Source of the DNA: an uncultured Isosphaeraceae bacterium | Lineage (GTDB): Bacteria; Planctomycetota; Phycisphaerae; Phycisphaerales; SM1A02 | Assembly: GCA_964395845.1 (NCBI GenBank) | Contig: CAYNCG010000015.1 | Span: forward strand, 356 to 64,355 | DNA: 64,000 nucleotides | Reading direction: 5' to 3' | Shown: piece after piece, positions 49,041-58,461 of the stretch | Numbering within the stretch: the stretch's first letter is position 1 | How the letters are laid out: the number at the start of each line of letters is the position of its first letter | Position numbers and translations under genes: made by a program | The notes under the pieces: generated by a model | What the model was told of the DNA's origin: nothing | Databases searched by the model: none | What the model saw: the letters and a program-made list of their open reading frames with translations, nothing else

Positions 49041-51245
49041 CGGCCGCACGAACTCGGGCGAGCGACGCGTGAACTCGCGATCGAGTTCGCGGAGCGCTTC
49101 GCTGTGCTGTGGGTTGCGGAGCGCCTCGTCGAGGGCGGCGCGTCCCTGAGCGAAGGTGACTGACGCCGATGCGAGGCCGTTCGCCTGTTCGGCTCGGGCG
49201 AGGAGCAGCAGCGCGAGCGGGTCGCTGCCGCCGGTCGCTTCGCTGAGGAATCGGGTGACCGAGAGTGCGTCGTCGCGGTCTTCGGCTGTCGATGGCTCGC
49301 TGAGGAGCGCCGTGGCGAAGCGCGGCAGCGTCGCGAGGAGCGTGGCCCGGTCCTGCGGCAGCCGCGGATCCAAGCGTGCGACGGCTTCTTTGTACGCGGC
49401 GATGGCCGCCGATCGATCGCCGAGGCGCTCATGGGCCATCGCGATGTTCACATGCGGACGAGCGTCGTCGGGGGCGAGTCGGGCGACCTCGCTCCACGCG
49501 GCGATCGCACCCTGATCGCGGCCGAGGAGCGTGAGCATCCGCGCCCAGTCGGCGGTGCGCACGAGGGCCTGTCGCGGGTCGCGGACATCGGCGCGGAGCG
49601 ACTCCGGCATCGTGGCGCCGGCGTGGTATTCGACCAATGCAGCCTCGCGATCACCGAGGAGCTCATGCAGTCGTCCGAGCATCCAACGCGTGTCGGGCAA
49701 CGATGCGTTCCGCGCCAGCGACTCCCGCGCAGCGGCGAGCGCGTCGGCGTAGCGCCCCTGAAGCCGCAGGGCCTCGGAGAGCGCCGTCCAGGCTTCGAAG
49801 GGCGCGGGATCGATCGCAATCGCATGCCGCGCCCAGGACTCCGCCTCTGCGGCGACTTCGACGGTGCGGGCTGCATCGCCGCGCTCGCTGAGCTCCCCCG
49901 CCTCACGGTTGAGCAGTCCGGCGAGATTGCTCGCCGGCAACCAACTCTGCGGTTCGGCCGCGAGTGAACGACGCCAGAGCGTCTCCTCATCGCGATAGGC
50001 GGTCGTCTGGATCGCGCTGAGAAGCGCGAGCGTTCCGAGCGGGAGTGCAGCGGCGATGCCGCGCGCGTTCATCGGCAGGGAACGCGCGAGCCTCGCGCCG
50101 AGCCCGGCAAGCGTCGCGAGCGTCCAGCCGGTCCCGATCGCGAGCGCGACCGAACCGACATACGCGAAGTGGTCGGCGACGAAGGCGAATCGGAAGGGAT
50201 AGACATCGAAGAAGCCGAGCGCCGGGAAGATCCCGCCGAGGAAGAGGAGCGCGATGGTCGGTGCCCCGCGCCGTCCGCGGCGCCAGAGGATCGCACCGCC
50301 GACCGCCGTGAGCATCGCAATCACCAGCGGAATCCACGCCGTCCAGCTCGATGCGTCGATCGTCCAGCGGGCGTAGATGAACGCGAGATCGATCGGCGCG
50401 ATCCAAGTCCACAGGTACCAGAGCGCGACCCGCGGGGCGAGCAACAGTCGCTCGAGCGCCGCAAGGCCAACGACTTCGCCGGTCGCGCCGACATGGCTTC
50501 GCTCCATCCACACCGTCACGAGGCCGAGGGGAATGCCGACGAGGAAGAATGACGCGATCCAGGCGATGCGCTGCCCATCGAATCGCCGTCGGCGCCAGAG
50601 TGCGAGGAGGACGAGCGCCGGCGCGACCACCGCGACCATGGTCTTCGCGAGCATCGCAGCGACAAACAGAACGAGGCTGAGCCCCTGCCAGCCGGCGCGG
50701 CTCGTGGTCTCTTCCTCCGCCGGCTCGTCCGCACGCATCCACGCCGAGACCGACGCCAGGGCGAGCAAGACCGAGAGCGTGTTCTTCCGTTCGCTGACCC
50801 ACGCCACGCTTTCGACCTGCATCGGATGGACGAGGAAGATCGCGGCGGCAAGCCACGCTCCGCGCACGCCGAGGCGCTCAAGCAATCGCCAGAGGAGGAA
50901 CGACGAGCCGAGATGCAACAGCAGGTTCGTCGCGTGGAAAAGAAAGGGCATCGACTCGGGAATCGCGCCGGCGACCGCTTCCCGCTCCGCTCCGCCAGAC
51001 ACGAGAAGCAGGAGCTGCGTCTCGATCCAGAAGCTTGTGAAGACGAGCGGGTAATACTGCGGCGTCGCGCCGGGAATCCAGATCGCAAGAATGCCCGCCG
51101 GATCGGTGAGCAGCGGATTGCGGGTCACATAGGAATCGTCGTCCCAGACCCATCCAGCCTGCGTGATGGGCCAGTAGGCAACAAGGGCGAGCAGGATGAG
51201 CGCCAGGGCGCGGAACGCTCGAGGATGCTCGCGCAGGAGACTCAT
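49038..51245 (-). CDS. Multi-TM membrane protein with C-terminal TPR repeats (PMT/TMTC-like glycosyltransferase-like)
   Basis: 735 aa. The N-terminal half has about 10-11 TM helices with an early WVWDDDSYVTRNPLL loop. The C-terminal half is TPR-like. Confidence 0.75.
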   Translation of the reverse strand: MSLLREHPRAFRALALILLALVAYWPITQAGWVWDDDSYVTRNPLLTDPAGILAIWIPGATPQYYPLVFTSFWIETQLLLLVSGGAEREAVAGAIPESMPFLFHATNLLLHLGSSFLLWRLLERLGVRGAWLAAAIFLVHPMQVESVAWVSERKNTLSVLLALASVSAWMRADEPAEEETTSRAGWQGLSLVLFVAAMLAKTMVAVVAPALVLLALWRRRRFDGQRIAWIASFFLVGIPLGLVTVWMERSHVGATGEVVGLAALERLLLAPRVALWYLWTWIAPIDLAFIYARWTIDASSWTAWIPLVIAMLTAVGGAILWRRGRRGAPTIALLFLGGIFPALGFFDVYPFRFAFVADHFAYVGSVALAIGTGWTLATLAGLGARLARSLPMNARGIAAALPLGTLALLSAIQTTAYRDEETLWRRSLAAEPQSWLPASNLAGLLNREAGELSERGDAARTVEVAAEAESWARHAIAIDPAPFEAWTALSEALRLQGRYADALAAARESLARNASLPDTRWMLGRLHELLGDREAALVEYHAGATMPESLRADVRDPRQALVRTADWARMLTLLGRDQGAIAAWSEVARLAPDDARPHVNIAMAHERLGDRSAAIAAYKEAVARLDPRLPQDRATLLATLPRFATALLSEPSTAEDRDDALSVTRFLSEATGGSDPLALLLLARAEQANGLASASVTFAQGRAALDEALRNPQHSEALRELDREFTRRSPEFVRP

Positions 51246-52933
51246 GGCGGGGAGGACTCGCCGCCGGGCTTCGGCTCACGCGGGTTGGGCGACTCTGGCT
51301 GGTCCGTATCGCCCTGCTTCGTCGGCCCGCGACTCGGCTTGGCCCGCTTCTTCGCGTGCCCCTTCGGCGCGGGCGTGGCGCCCCCTTCCTCGAGCACGCG
51401 CTTCGAGCGCAGCAGATGGTGATAGTGCTGGGCGAAGCGATGGGCCTCATCGCGGATCGCCTGGCAGAGCTTGAGGCCAAGATGCTCACGCCCGAGGCGG
51501 ATCGGCTCGCTCGCCCGCTGCACATAGATGAGTTCCTCGCGCTTCGCGAGCGAAATCACCATCGGCGGCCGCACATCGAGCTGATCGAAGGCCTCGAGCG
51601 CGGCGTGCAACTGGCCGAGGCCGCCGTCGATCAGGATGACATCGGGGTAGAGCTCATGGCCGGCGCCGGCCTCGCGATAGCGGCGGCTGACCACCTCGCG
51701 GATCGCCATGTAGTCGTCGTTGGCGACGCTCGCGATGCGGAAGCGACGATAGCCGTCCTTGAAGGGACGACCGTCGATGAAGCAGACCTTGCTGCCGACG
51801 GTTTCGCCGCCGACGAGATGGGCGATGTCAATCGCCTCGATGCAGCGGACCTCGGTCTCGAGCCCGAGGACGCGCTGCAGACTCCGCATGCCGGCGCTTG
51901 GGTCGCCGGAGAAGATCGTGACCTCGGGTTGCCAGTCGTAGGCTGCGCCGCTCCGCCGCTCCCGATCGTCGAGTCGTTGGATCGCCTTGATCTGGTCGCG
52001 GAGCGCGGCAGCCCGCTCGAACTGCAGCGCATCGGCCGCGGCCTGCATTTCCTCGGTCAGCTCGCCCAGCATCGCGCTTCGCTTGCCGCCGAGGAAGCGG
52101 AGGAAGCGATCGATGTCCGCGCGATAGGCCTCGGGGGTGATCCGATTCGCGCACGGCGCCGTGCACTGACGGATCGCGTGGAGGAGACAGGGGCGGAAGA
52201 AGCGGTTCTTCGGATCGTCGCTCGCGATCGGCATCTCGCAGGTGCGGAACTGGAAGACCTGTTGGAGGAGTTGCACGGCGTGCCGCAGCGACGCGACCGA
52301 GGTGAAGGGGCCGTATATGCGAGCCCCGCGAAAGCGCTCGTCGGTCGGGTTGCGGGTGACGAAAACGCCCGGGAACTCCTCGCGGGTGGTCACCGCCAGG
52401 TAGGGAAAGGTCTTGTCGTCGGTGAGCTTCGCGTTGAAGCGGGGCCGGGTGTCCTTGACCAGGCGGCTCTCGAGGAGAAGGGCTTCCCATTCGCCGTCGC
52501 AGGGGATGGTGTCGAAGTCCTGGACGAGGTCGAGCATCGGCTGCTTTTTGAAGCCGAGCTTGTTCCCGACCCGGGTCGAGGGAATGAAGTAGCTGGCCAC
52601 CCGGTTTGGGAGGCAGCGGGCCTTGCCCACATAGAGGACGCGCCCCTCCCCGTCCTTCATGAGGTAGACCCCGGGGACCTTCGGAAGCTCTCGGGCCTTG
52701 CGCAGGAGCCGGGCAAGCCGCGGAAGGCTGTCAGCCTCCCGGGCGTCTCCGCTCGTCGCGGAGGCGAGTTCCTCCAGGGACTGGTCAAGGATGTGATCGA
52801 GGGTCTGGTCGTCGACTTCGGTCGCGTCGACCTCCCCCTCCCGCTCGCCCCCGCCCCATTCGGGGGACTCGGGGGACTCGGGGGACTCTCCCTGCGGCTC
52901 GCCGTGGGGAAGGTCGGGTCGCGAGGGGGCCAT
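51242..52933 (-). CDS. uvrC: Excinuclease ABC subunit C
   Basis: GIY-YIG motif (PGVYLMKDGEGRVLYVGKA), a UVR-like segment, the endonuclease domain and a C-terminal HhH-like region. Confidence 0.9.
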   Translation of the reverse strand: MAPSRPDLPHGEPQGESPESPESPEWGGGEREGEVDATEVDDQTLDHILDQSLEELASATSGDAREADSLPRLARLLRKARELPKVPGVYLMKDGEGRVLYVGKARCLPNRVASYFIPSTRVGNKLGFKKQPMLDLVQDFDTIPCDGEWEALLLESRLVKDTRPRFNAKLTDDKTFPYLAVTTREEFPGVFVTRNPTDERFRGARIYGPFTSVASLRHAVQLLQQVFQFRTCEMPIASDDPKNRFFRPCLLHAIRQCTAPCANRITPEAYRADIDRFLRFLGGKRSAMLGELTEEMQAAADALQFERAAALRDQIKAIQRLDDRERRSGAAYDWQPEVTIFSGDPSAGMRSLQRVLGLETEVRCIEAIDIAHLVGGETVGSKVCFIDGRPFKDGYRRFRIASVANDDYMAIREVVSRRYREAGAGHELYPDVILIDGGLGQLHAALEAFDQLDVRPPMVISLAKREELIYVQRASEPIRLGREHLGLKLCQAIRDEAHRFAQHYHHLLRSKRVLEEGGATPAPKGHAKKRAKPSRGPTKQGDTDQPESPNPREPKPGGESSPP

Positions 52934-53339
52934 GCGGCCACTCTAGCAGCCCAACTGGCAGCACATCTGGCAGCCCATCTTGTTCTCACCCACGGGCCCT
53001 TCTCGCCGAACCGGTCGCATCGGATCGGGCCTCTCCGCCGAAGCGACCCGGTCAGCGGACTCAAAAAGGACGGTCTTCTTCAGATCACCGTTGCAACCGG
53101 AGTACACTGACGGCGTTTCACGGACGGCAGGAGGAATCTCGAACCATTTTCGTTCGGGGTTCCGAGAGCCGTTCAGGCCCAAGGCTCGTCCAGTCGACGA
53201 GTCCTCGGGCCAAGGCAGGCGTTTACCGGAGGCTCATGCGCATGACGCCTCGCGAACGGATCCGCCTGCCACACCCCCTCCCCGCGTGTGGGTTGGGGGA
53301 AGTCTGGTACCAGTTTGGTTCGAACCATTGGAGTTTGTC

Positions 53340-53690
53340 ATGAAGTTCACCGCTACCCTCGCTTCGCTCGCCGCCTGCTGCTTCCTCGCTGGCTGCGCCA
53401 CCACCACCGCGACCAGCGCTGCCCCCGGCGCCGTCCAGGGCTCCTGCTGCAAGGACGGCGACAAGGCCGCTTGCACCAAGGGCTGCGACAAGGCTGCTCC
53501 GGGCGCCGTCAGCGGCTCGAGCTGCTCGAAGAGCTGCTCGTCCTCCTGCTCGGACGCGAAGGCTGCCCCCGGCGCCGTGAGCGGCTCGGGCTGCGCCAAG
53601 AGCTGCTCTGAGGCCAAGACCGCTGCTCCGGGCGCCGTCAGCGGCAAGTCCGGCTGCTGCGCTGGCAAGTCCGGCTGCGGCGCGAAGTAA
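53340..53690 (+). CDS. Small Cys-rich repeat lipoprotein
   Basis: The ATG is preceded by GGAG. Lipobox-like LAGC. Four AAPGAV(Q/S)GS-x-C...C repeats and about 15 Cys in 116 aa. A strong terminator follows. Confidence 0.65.
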   Translation: MKFTATLASLAACCFLAGCATTTATSAAPGAVQGSCCKDGDKAACTKGCDKAAPGAVSGSSCSKSCSSSCSDAKAAPGAVSGSGCAKSCSEAKTAAPGAVSGKSGCCAGKSGCGAK

Positions 53691-53743
53691 GTCGATTGGA
53701 GCCGCCTCACCGCGGTTCCCCTCGCCTTCCGCTTGAATCAGAC

Positions 53744-53779
53744 AACGCCCGCCGATCTCGGCGGGCGTTGTCCTTTCTC
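53744..53779 (+). terminator. Rho-independent terminator
   Basis: Perfect 12-bp stem AACGCCCGCCGA / TCGGCGGGCGTT followed by a pyrimidine/T-rich tail (GTCCTTTCTC), about 55 nt after the lipoprotein stop. Confidence 0.65.
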
Positions 53780-53826
53780 GCCCCAACTCCCTGCTGCGGT
53801 TGGGCCTTCACGCTGCGGCTGGGCCT

Positions 53827-54876
53827 TCACGCTGCGCGGGAAGGTCGCCGCCCTTCGTCATCGCCCTCGAGGGCGTTCCGCGCTGCGGGCGCGACGAATC
53901 GCTCGGAGAGGATCACGCTCTGGACGACGAGGCCGATCACGACCAGCGCGATCGCATCAGTGAGGAGAAAGGCCCCGAGGACCAACTCGGCCGGTCCCCG
54001 CACCAGCGACTGCTGAAGCGAGGGGATCGCGAGGGCGACGAGGAACGCCGACCATGCCAGCGGATAGCCTCGGAGGAAGATCATGCCGATCGCGCGACGG
54101 GCGTTGACGGCAAGCGTGCTCTGTTGAACGCCGAGCATGATCCAGTAGAAGCCCAGCGAGATCCCTGCGGTGCGCACCAGACCGCTCGCGATGAAGCCCC
54201 AGTCTTCAAACGCCCGCTGAAGCGGACGCGAACCGCCGATCGCCGCGGCGAAGCAGCCTGCGGCGATCACGAGGACCAAGCTCAAGCCAAGCGAGATCGC
54301 CATCCGTCGGTGGTATCCCTGCCGCGACGAGGCGAAGGTCCCGCCGATGGCCGCGAAAGCGACCATGCCGGCGTGGATCAGGACGGCGATCGCCGCACAG
54401 CTCTGGGCCACCTGCGGATCCACGGCGTTGAGGAGTCGCCCTCGGGCGAGAATCTGCCCCGAGATGAGGAGCGCCAGCGGCAGCCACGCGAAGCTTCCGA
54501 CGACGAACGCGATCGTGACCATGCGGAGGCGACGGAGGCGGGCCGCCGTCCACAGTCCACGGGCGCGGATCGAGTCATCGATGCGGTGACCGCACTCCGG
54601 GCAGAGCCCCTCCGGCGGCAGCCCTGCGAGGTTGTACTCGCAGTTCATGCAGCGCAGCTCCGCCGACGGGTCCGACGGGAGGTCCCTCGCCGCCGCTGCG
54701 AGAGAGCCGCCGCGCTCCCCGCGGCTGGCATCATCGGGCTGGTCCTGCTGCCCCGCGCTTCGCATGGTGCGACGGATTGTCACCGCCCCGGGTGCAGGGG
54801 CAAGCAGAATCGCCGGTAACGCCGGTTCTGCCCCGCTCCCTCCCCGCCAACGGCCACTCACCACCTCACAACGCAC
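53827..54876 (-). CDS. Membrane protein with N-terminal zinc-ribbon (C-x2-C-x-Y-N-L-x-G ... CPECG)
   Basis: 349 aa with RCMNCEYNLAGLPPEGLCPECGHRI followed by about 7 hydrophobic helices. Confidence 0.6.
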   Translation of the reverse strand: MRCEVVSGRWRGGSGAEPALPAILLAPAPGAVTIRRTMRSAGQQDQPDDASRGERGGSLAAAARDLPSDPSAELRCMNCEYNLAGLPPEGLCPECGHRIDDSIRARGLWTAARLRRLRMVTIAFVVGSFAWLPLALLISGQILARGRLLNAVDPQVAQSCAAIAVLIHAGMVAFAAIGGTFASSRQGYHRRMAISLGLSLVLVIAAGCFAAAIGGSRPLQRAFEDWGFIASGLVRTAGISLGFYWIMLGVQQSTLAVNARRAIGMIFLRGYPLAWSAFLVALAIPSLQQSLVRGPAELVLGAFLLTDAIALVVIGLVVQSVILSERFVAPAARNALEGDDEGRRPSRAA

Positions 54877-54964
54877 CCCTCATAACGCACCCCCTCATAA
54901 CGCACAACGGGCCGCCCTGATCAAGCCTGGTGGAGCTTGGTCGGGGCGACCCGTTGGCGTTCAG

Positions 54965-55052
54965 CGGAGAGAGTGAGATTCGAACTCACGGTGAGGATAA
55001 ACCCCACACTAGTTTTCGAGACTAGCCCTTTCAACCGCTCAGGCATCTCTCC
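54965..55052 (-). tRNA. tRNA-Ser (anticodon CGA)
   Basis: The reverse complement folds as a class II tRNA. Acceptor stem GGAGAGA/TCTCTCC. Anticodon stem CTAGT/ACTAG with loop CTCGAAA. Long variable arm. T-arm GTGAG-TTCGAAT-CTCAC. No CCA is encoded. Confidence 0.85.
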
Positions 55053-55122
55053 GGCGGTCTGGTTCGCGGCCCCGGTGACGAGGTCAACGAACGCAGGATT
55101 GTTGCTTCCCGCGCGGGAAAGG

Positions 55123-55656
55123 TCAACCCCCTGCGGGGGGCGGAACGGATGGGGGCGCCGACGGCGGAACGGTCTGTGCCGTTGGCGCGGACGCAGTGCC
55201 CCCGCCGGTGAGGAGGACGACGCCGGTCAGGATGAGGAGGACGGCGAAGAGCTTGCGAAGATCGAAGGGCTCGCCGAGGAGCGTCCAGCCGAGGACCACT
55301 GCGACCGCCGGAGCCACGCAGAAGGCGATCGGCTTCACCTGCGAGACCGGACCGAACTTGAGCGAGAGGTAGAAGCAGACCATCGCCGCAGCACCGGCGA
55401 GAAGCCCCGAGCCGAGGACGAGCTTGAGCAGGATCCCGCGGTCCGCCTGCAGCCAGCCGCGCGGCTCAGCGGCCGCCCCGAAGAGACCGTCCTTGGCGAT
55501 GAGCCAGACGAGCCAAATGACCGGAAGCCCGACGAGCGAGCGGACCGCGATCGCCGTCAGCGGACCGACCTTGCCCGAATGCAGCACGCTCTTCGTGCAG
55601 ACCTCGCCGATCCCCCAACACACCCCCGCTCCAAGCGCCAACAGCACTGCCTTCAT
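55123..55656 (-). CDS. EamA/DMT-family small membrane transporter
   Basis: 177 aa with about 5 TM helices and an EamA-like pattern (CWGIGEV...). The start was set at the internal ATG (MKAVLLA). Confidence 0.65.
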   Translation of the reverse strand: MKAVLLALGAGVCWGIGEVCTKSVLHSGKVGPLTAIAVRSLVGLPVIWLVWLIAKDGLFGAAAEPRGWLQADRGILLKLVLGSGLLAGAAAMVCFYLSLKFGPVSQVKPIAFCVAPAVAVVLGWTLLGEPFDLRKLFAVLLILTGVVLLTGGGTASAPTAQTVPPSAPPSVPPPAGG

Positions 55657-55776
55657 GGGACACCTCCGACCCACATCAGCGTACCGCCCGTCCGAGAACG
55701 GGGAGATGCTGGCGGACCGCGGAGTTTGGAACGAGCGACGCCCGCTGCGAGCCGACGGTCCACACAAGGAGGTCCC

Positions 55777-56211
55777 ATGCTCGTTCGCGAGATCATGTCC
55801 AAGCATGTCGTCACCGTCGGGATGGACGACTCGCTTGAGAGCGTCAGCGCCCTGCTCTCGACGCGCCGGATCCACCATGTCGTGGTCCTCGATGGCCGCG
55901 CCGTCGTCGGCATCGTGAGCGACCGTGATGTCCTTCGGGCGAGCTCACCCTTCATGGGCACGAACGCCGAGCGCACGCTCGACCTCGCCACGCTGAAGAA
56001 GCGCGTGCATCAGTTCATGACCCGTCATCCGATCACGGTCGATCCCGAGCTGCCTGCCCAAGACGCGGCGAAAGTGCTCCTCGAACGGGGTATCTCGTGC
56101 GTGCCGGTCATCGACGGCGAGGGCTCGCTGCAGGGCATCGTGACCACCCGCGATCTGCTGCGCGCGGCCATTCGATTCGACTGCTTCGGCAGCGGCCGCT
56201 GCGCGGCGTAG
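55777..56211 (+). CDS. CBS domain pair protein
   Basis: The ATG is preceded by AAGGAGG. Two CBS motifs (IMSKHVVTV...IHHVVVLD...GIVSDRDV and FMTRHPITV...CVPVID...GIVTTRDL). Confidence 0.8.
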   Translation: MLVREIMSKHVVTVGMDDSLESVSALLSTRRIHHVVVLDGRAVVGIVSDRDVLRASSPFMGTNAERTLDLATLKKRVHQFMTRHPITVDPELPAQDAAKVLLERGISCVPVIDGEGSLQGIVTTRDLLRAAIRFDCFGSGRCAA

Positions 56212-56251
56212 CAGTCCGCAGCGACTCGACGAGGACGCAACGACTCCGCTC

Positions 56252-58009
56252 TCAGCCCCACGAGCCGAGCAGGATGCTGAGGTCGCTCGCGTTGACCGTG
56301 CCGTCATCGTTGATGTCGGCGGGTCCGCCTGCGGAGCCCCACGCGCCAAGCAGGATCGCGAGATCGCCGGCGTCGACGAACCCGTCGTTGTTCAGATCCG
56401 CAGGGTTCGACTGCTCGCACGCGTCAGCGACGCCGTTGCCGTTGCCGTCGGCGCAGGTCGTCCCCTGCCCCTGCCAGCTCGCGCCGGCCAAGGCGCAATC
56501 CGCTTCCTTGAGCTGCAGGCAGAAACCGGTCGAGAAACAGCATGCGCCGACCGGCTGCGGGCAGTTGGCCGACGCGCAGTTCGTGTTGTTGCCCTGGAAG
56601 ACGCCACCCTGGGCGGCGCAGGTCTCCGGGCTCACCGGACCGATGCAGGAGCCGTTCGGCAGGCAGCACGCGCCGGTCGGGAAGCAGATGAAGCCCGTGC
56701 AGTTCGAACCCTGCGGGCCCGGCACGCCGCCGGCCGCGACGCAGGTCGCGGGGAGCAGGTTCAGACAGCCGCCGGTCGCCTGGAAGCAGCATGCGACGGT
56801 CGCACTGTTGCACGCCCCGATGCCGCAGGGCACATCATCGCCGAGATAGGTTCCGCCCTGCGTCTGACACTCTTGCGCGGTGAGGAAGTCACAGTTGCCG
56901 CTCGGCAGGCAGCAGGCCCCTTGGGTCGGGCAGGTGAAGCTCGACCAGGTCACGCGCATCACCCAGTCGCCGCTCGGCTGGCAGAGCCCAAGCTGGCTGA
57001 AGCGCCGCCAGCCCGCGGGGCAGCCGAAGGGGCCGCAGTTCACCGCGAAGAGCCAGTTGTTGGCGGCCGACTGGAGTCCGCCGACATCGGTTGTCGGGAA
57101 GGCATTCGACGCGCTCGGCGGTTCGAAGAGGCAGGGATTCTGCGTCTGATTGTTGTGATCGTCGATGCGGTACGCGACGGTGAAGGTCTGCGTGCCGTTG
57201 TCCTGGATGACGATCTGCTCGGGATCGCTCGGGTCGATCATGAACTGGATGTTCGTGCCGTTCGTCCCCGGGGGCATCACGAGGTGCGGCAGGACATCGC
57301 CATCGGAGCTGAAGCTCGCGACGACCTGACCGTTGTCGGGCGTGCCCTCGAAGAAGAGAACCGACCACTTCGTCGTGGTCGTGACCGTCGCGTTGCTCGT
57401 CGCGAAGATCATCTCGGTCATGTCGATCTTGATCGGAAACGCGCTCGCCGGAATGGTGTAGCTGCACGCAGCCATTTCCTGCTCGGCGAAGCCGCCCTGC
57501 ACGATGTAGCTGCCGCCCTCGAAGCTTGCGTTCGTCCAGGTGCTCACCGTCGGCGGGCAGGCGCCGGCGACGCCACCGGGCGCTTCGGTCCCCTGGCCGT
57601 TCGAGGGGGTCATCACCGAGAGGGGCATGACCGGCGTGAAGATCACCTGCGGCTTGAAGCGAGCTTCGCCGTCGGTTGGGCCGTCGGTTGGGCCGTCGGT
57701 TCGGCCGTCGGCGCGGCGATCATTCGACTGGCGACGCTCGCCGCGACCATCGGCTCGACTGCCATCGGAAGCGCCGACGGTGAAGCCCATCGACGGCGGG
57801 ACTCGCTCGGCGCGGATCGAATCATTGCCGGCGCTCACGCGCTTCGATCCCCAGATGCCTTCGTCCTGCGTCTCGTTCGCCTCGACGAGCTTCGATCCCC
57901 AAATCCCTCCACCCAACGCGAGCGAGGTGAGCGTGGTCGCTGCACACGCGCTCAGCACAAGCACTGCGGCGCGACGGGAGGAGAGCGTCAGGGTCGGCAT
58001 GCATGACAT
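56252..58009 (-). CDS. Secreted protein with GACC-type Cys repeats and C-terminal dockerin-like tandem module
   Basis: Signal peptide. Four G-A-C-C-x-(8-12)-C...C...GG...G...C repeats. The C-terminus is DLNNDGFVDAGDLAILLGAWG...DINDDGTVNASDLSILLGSWG. Confidence 0.7.
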   Translation of the reverse strand: MSCMPTLTLSSRRAAVLVLSACAATTLTSLALGGGIWGSKLVEANETQDEGIWGSKRVSAGNDSIRAERVPPSMGFTVGASDGSRADGRGERRQSNDRRADGRTDGPTDGPTDGEARFKPQVIFTPVMPLSVMTPSNGQGTEAPGGVAGACPPTVSTWTNASFEGGSYIVQGGFAEQEMAACSYTIPASAFPIKIDMTEMIFATSNATVTTTTKWSVLFFEGTPDNGQVVASFSSDGDVLPHLVMPPGTNGTNIQFMIDPSDPEQIVIQDNGTQTFTVAYRIDDHNNQTQNPCLFEPPSASNAFPTTDVGGLQSAANNWLFAVNCGPFGCPAGWRRFSQLGLCQPSGDWVMRVTWSSFTCPTQGACCLPSGNCDFLTAQECQTQGGTYLGDDVPCGIGACNSATVACCFQATGGCLNLLPATCVAAGGVPGPQGSNCTGFICFPTGACCLPNGSCIGPVSPETCAAQGGVFQGNNTNCASANCPQPVGACCFSTGFCLQLKEADCALAGASWQGQGTTCADGNGNGVADACEQSNPADLNNDGFVDAGDLAILLGAWGSAGGPADINDDGTVNASDLSILLGSWG

Positions 58010-58461
58010 CGGGATGGGTCCTTGCGGAGGGTCCTCACACTGGCGGCGCGCGTCGGATGGGTCCCACGAACGAACCCGTTACTCCCGCGCTGGCCCCGCG
58101 TGGGCGAGGAACTGGAAGCCTGAAGAAATGATCTCGCCGCACGGCGACCCGCTCAACCGTCCTGATCAGGCACGCTGACGAGGTGGACGGATGACGAGGT
58201 GGATCGCAGATGCGGGCGAGGAGTGGGGCGCGGCTTCCGGTCGAACCCCAACTTCCCATACGAAGAATCGTTGCACGCGATGCGAGCCACCGCCGATTTC
58301 GTCGCCAATCTCCATGCATGCTCCGAGATGCACGCTCCGACATGCACGCTCCGACGCGATCGGGGCCTGTGAAGCTGGGGCAAAAACCGGGCAGGCGAGT
58401 TGCCGCTCGTGCACCCTACCCCACGCACCGACGGACGCAAGCGCGAACCGGTCCGAACGCG

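Noticed and set aside
52980-53339. N-terminal 120 aa of track ORF 52980..53690
   Set aside because: There is no coding signature. The real gene appears to start at ATG 53340, which has an RBS and opens a lipoprotein signal peptide.
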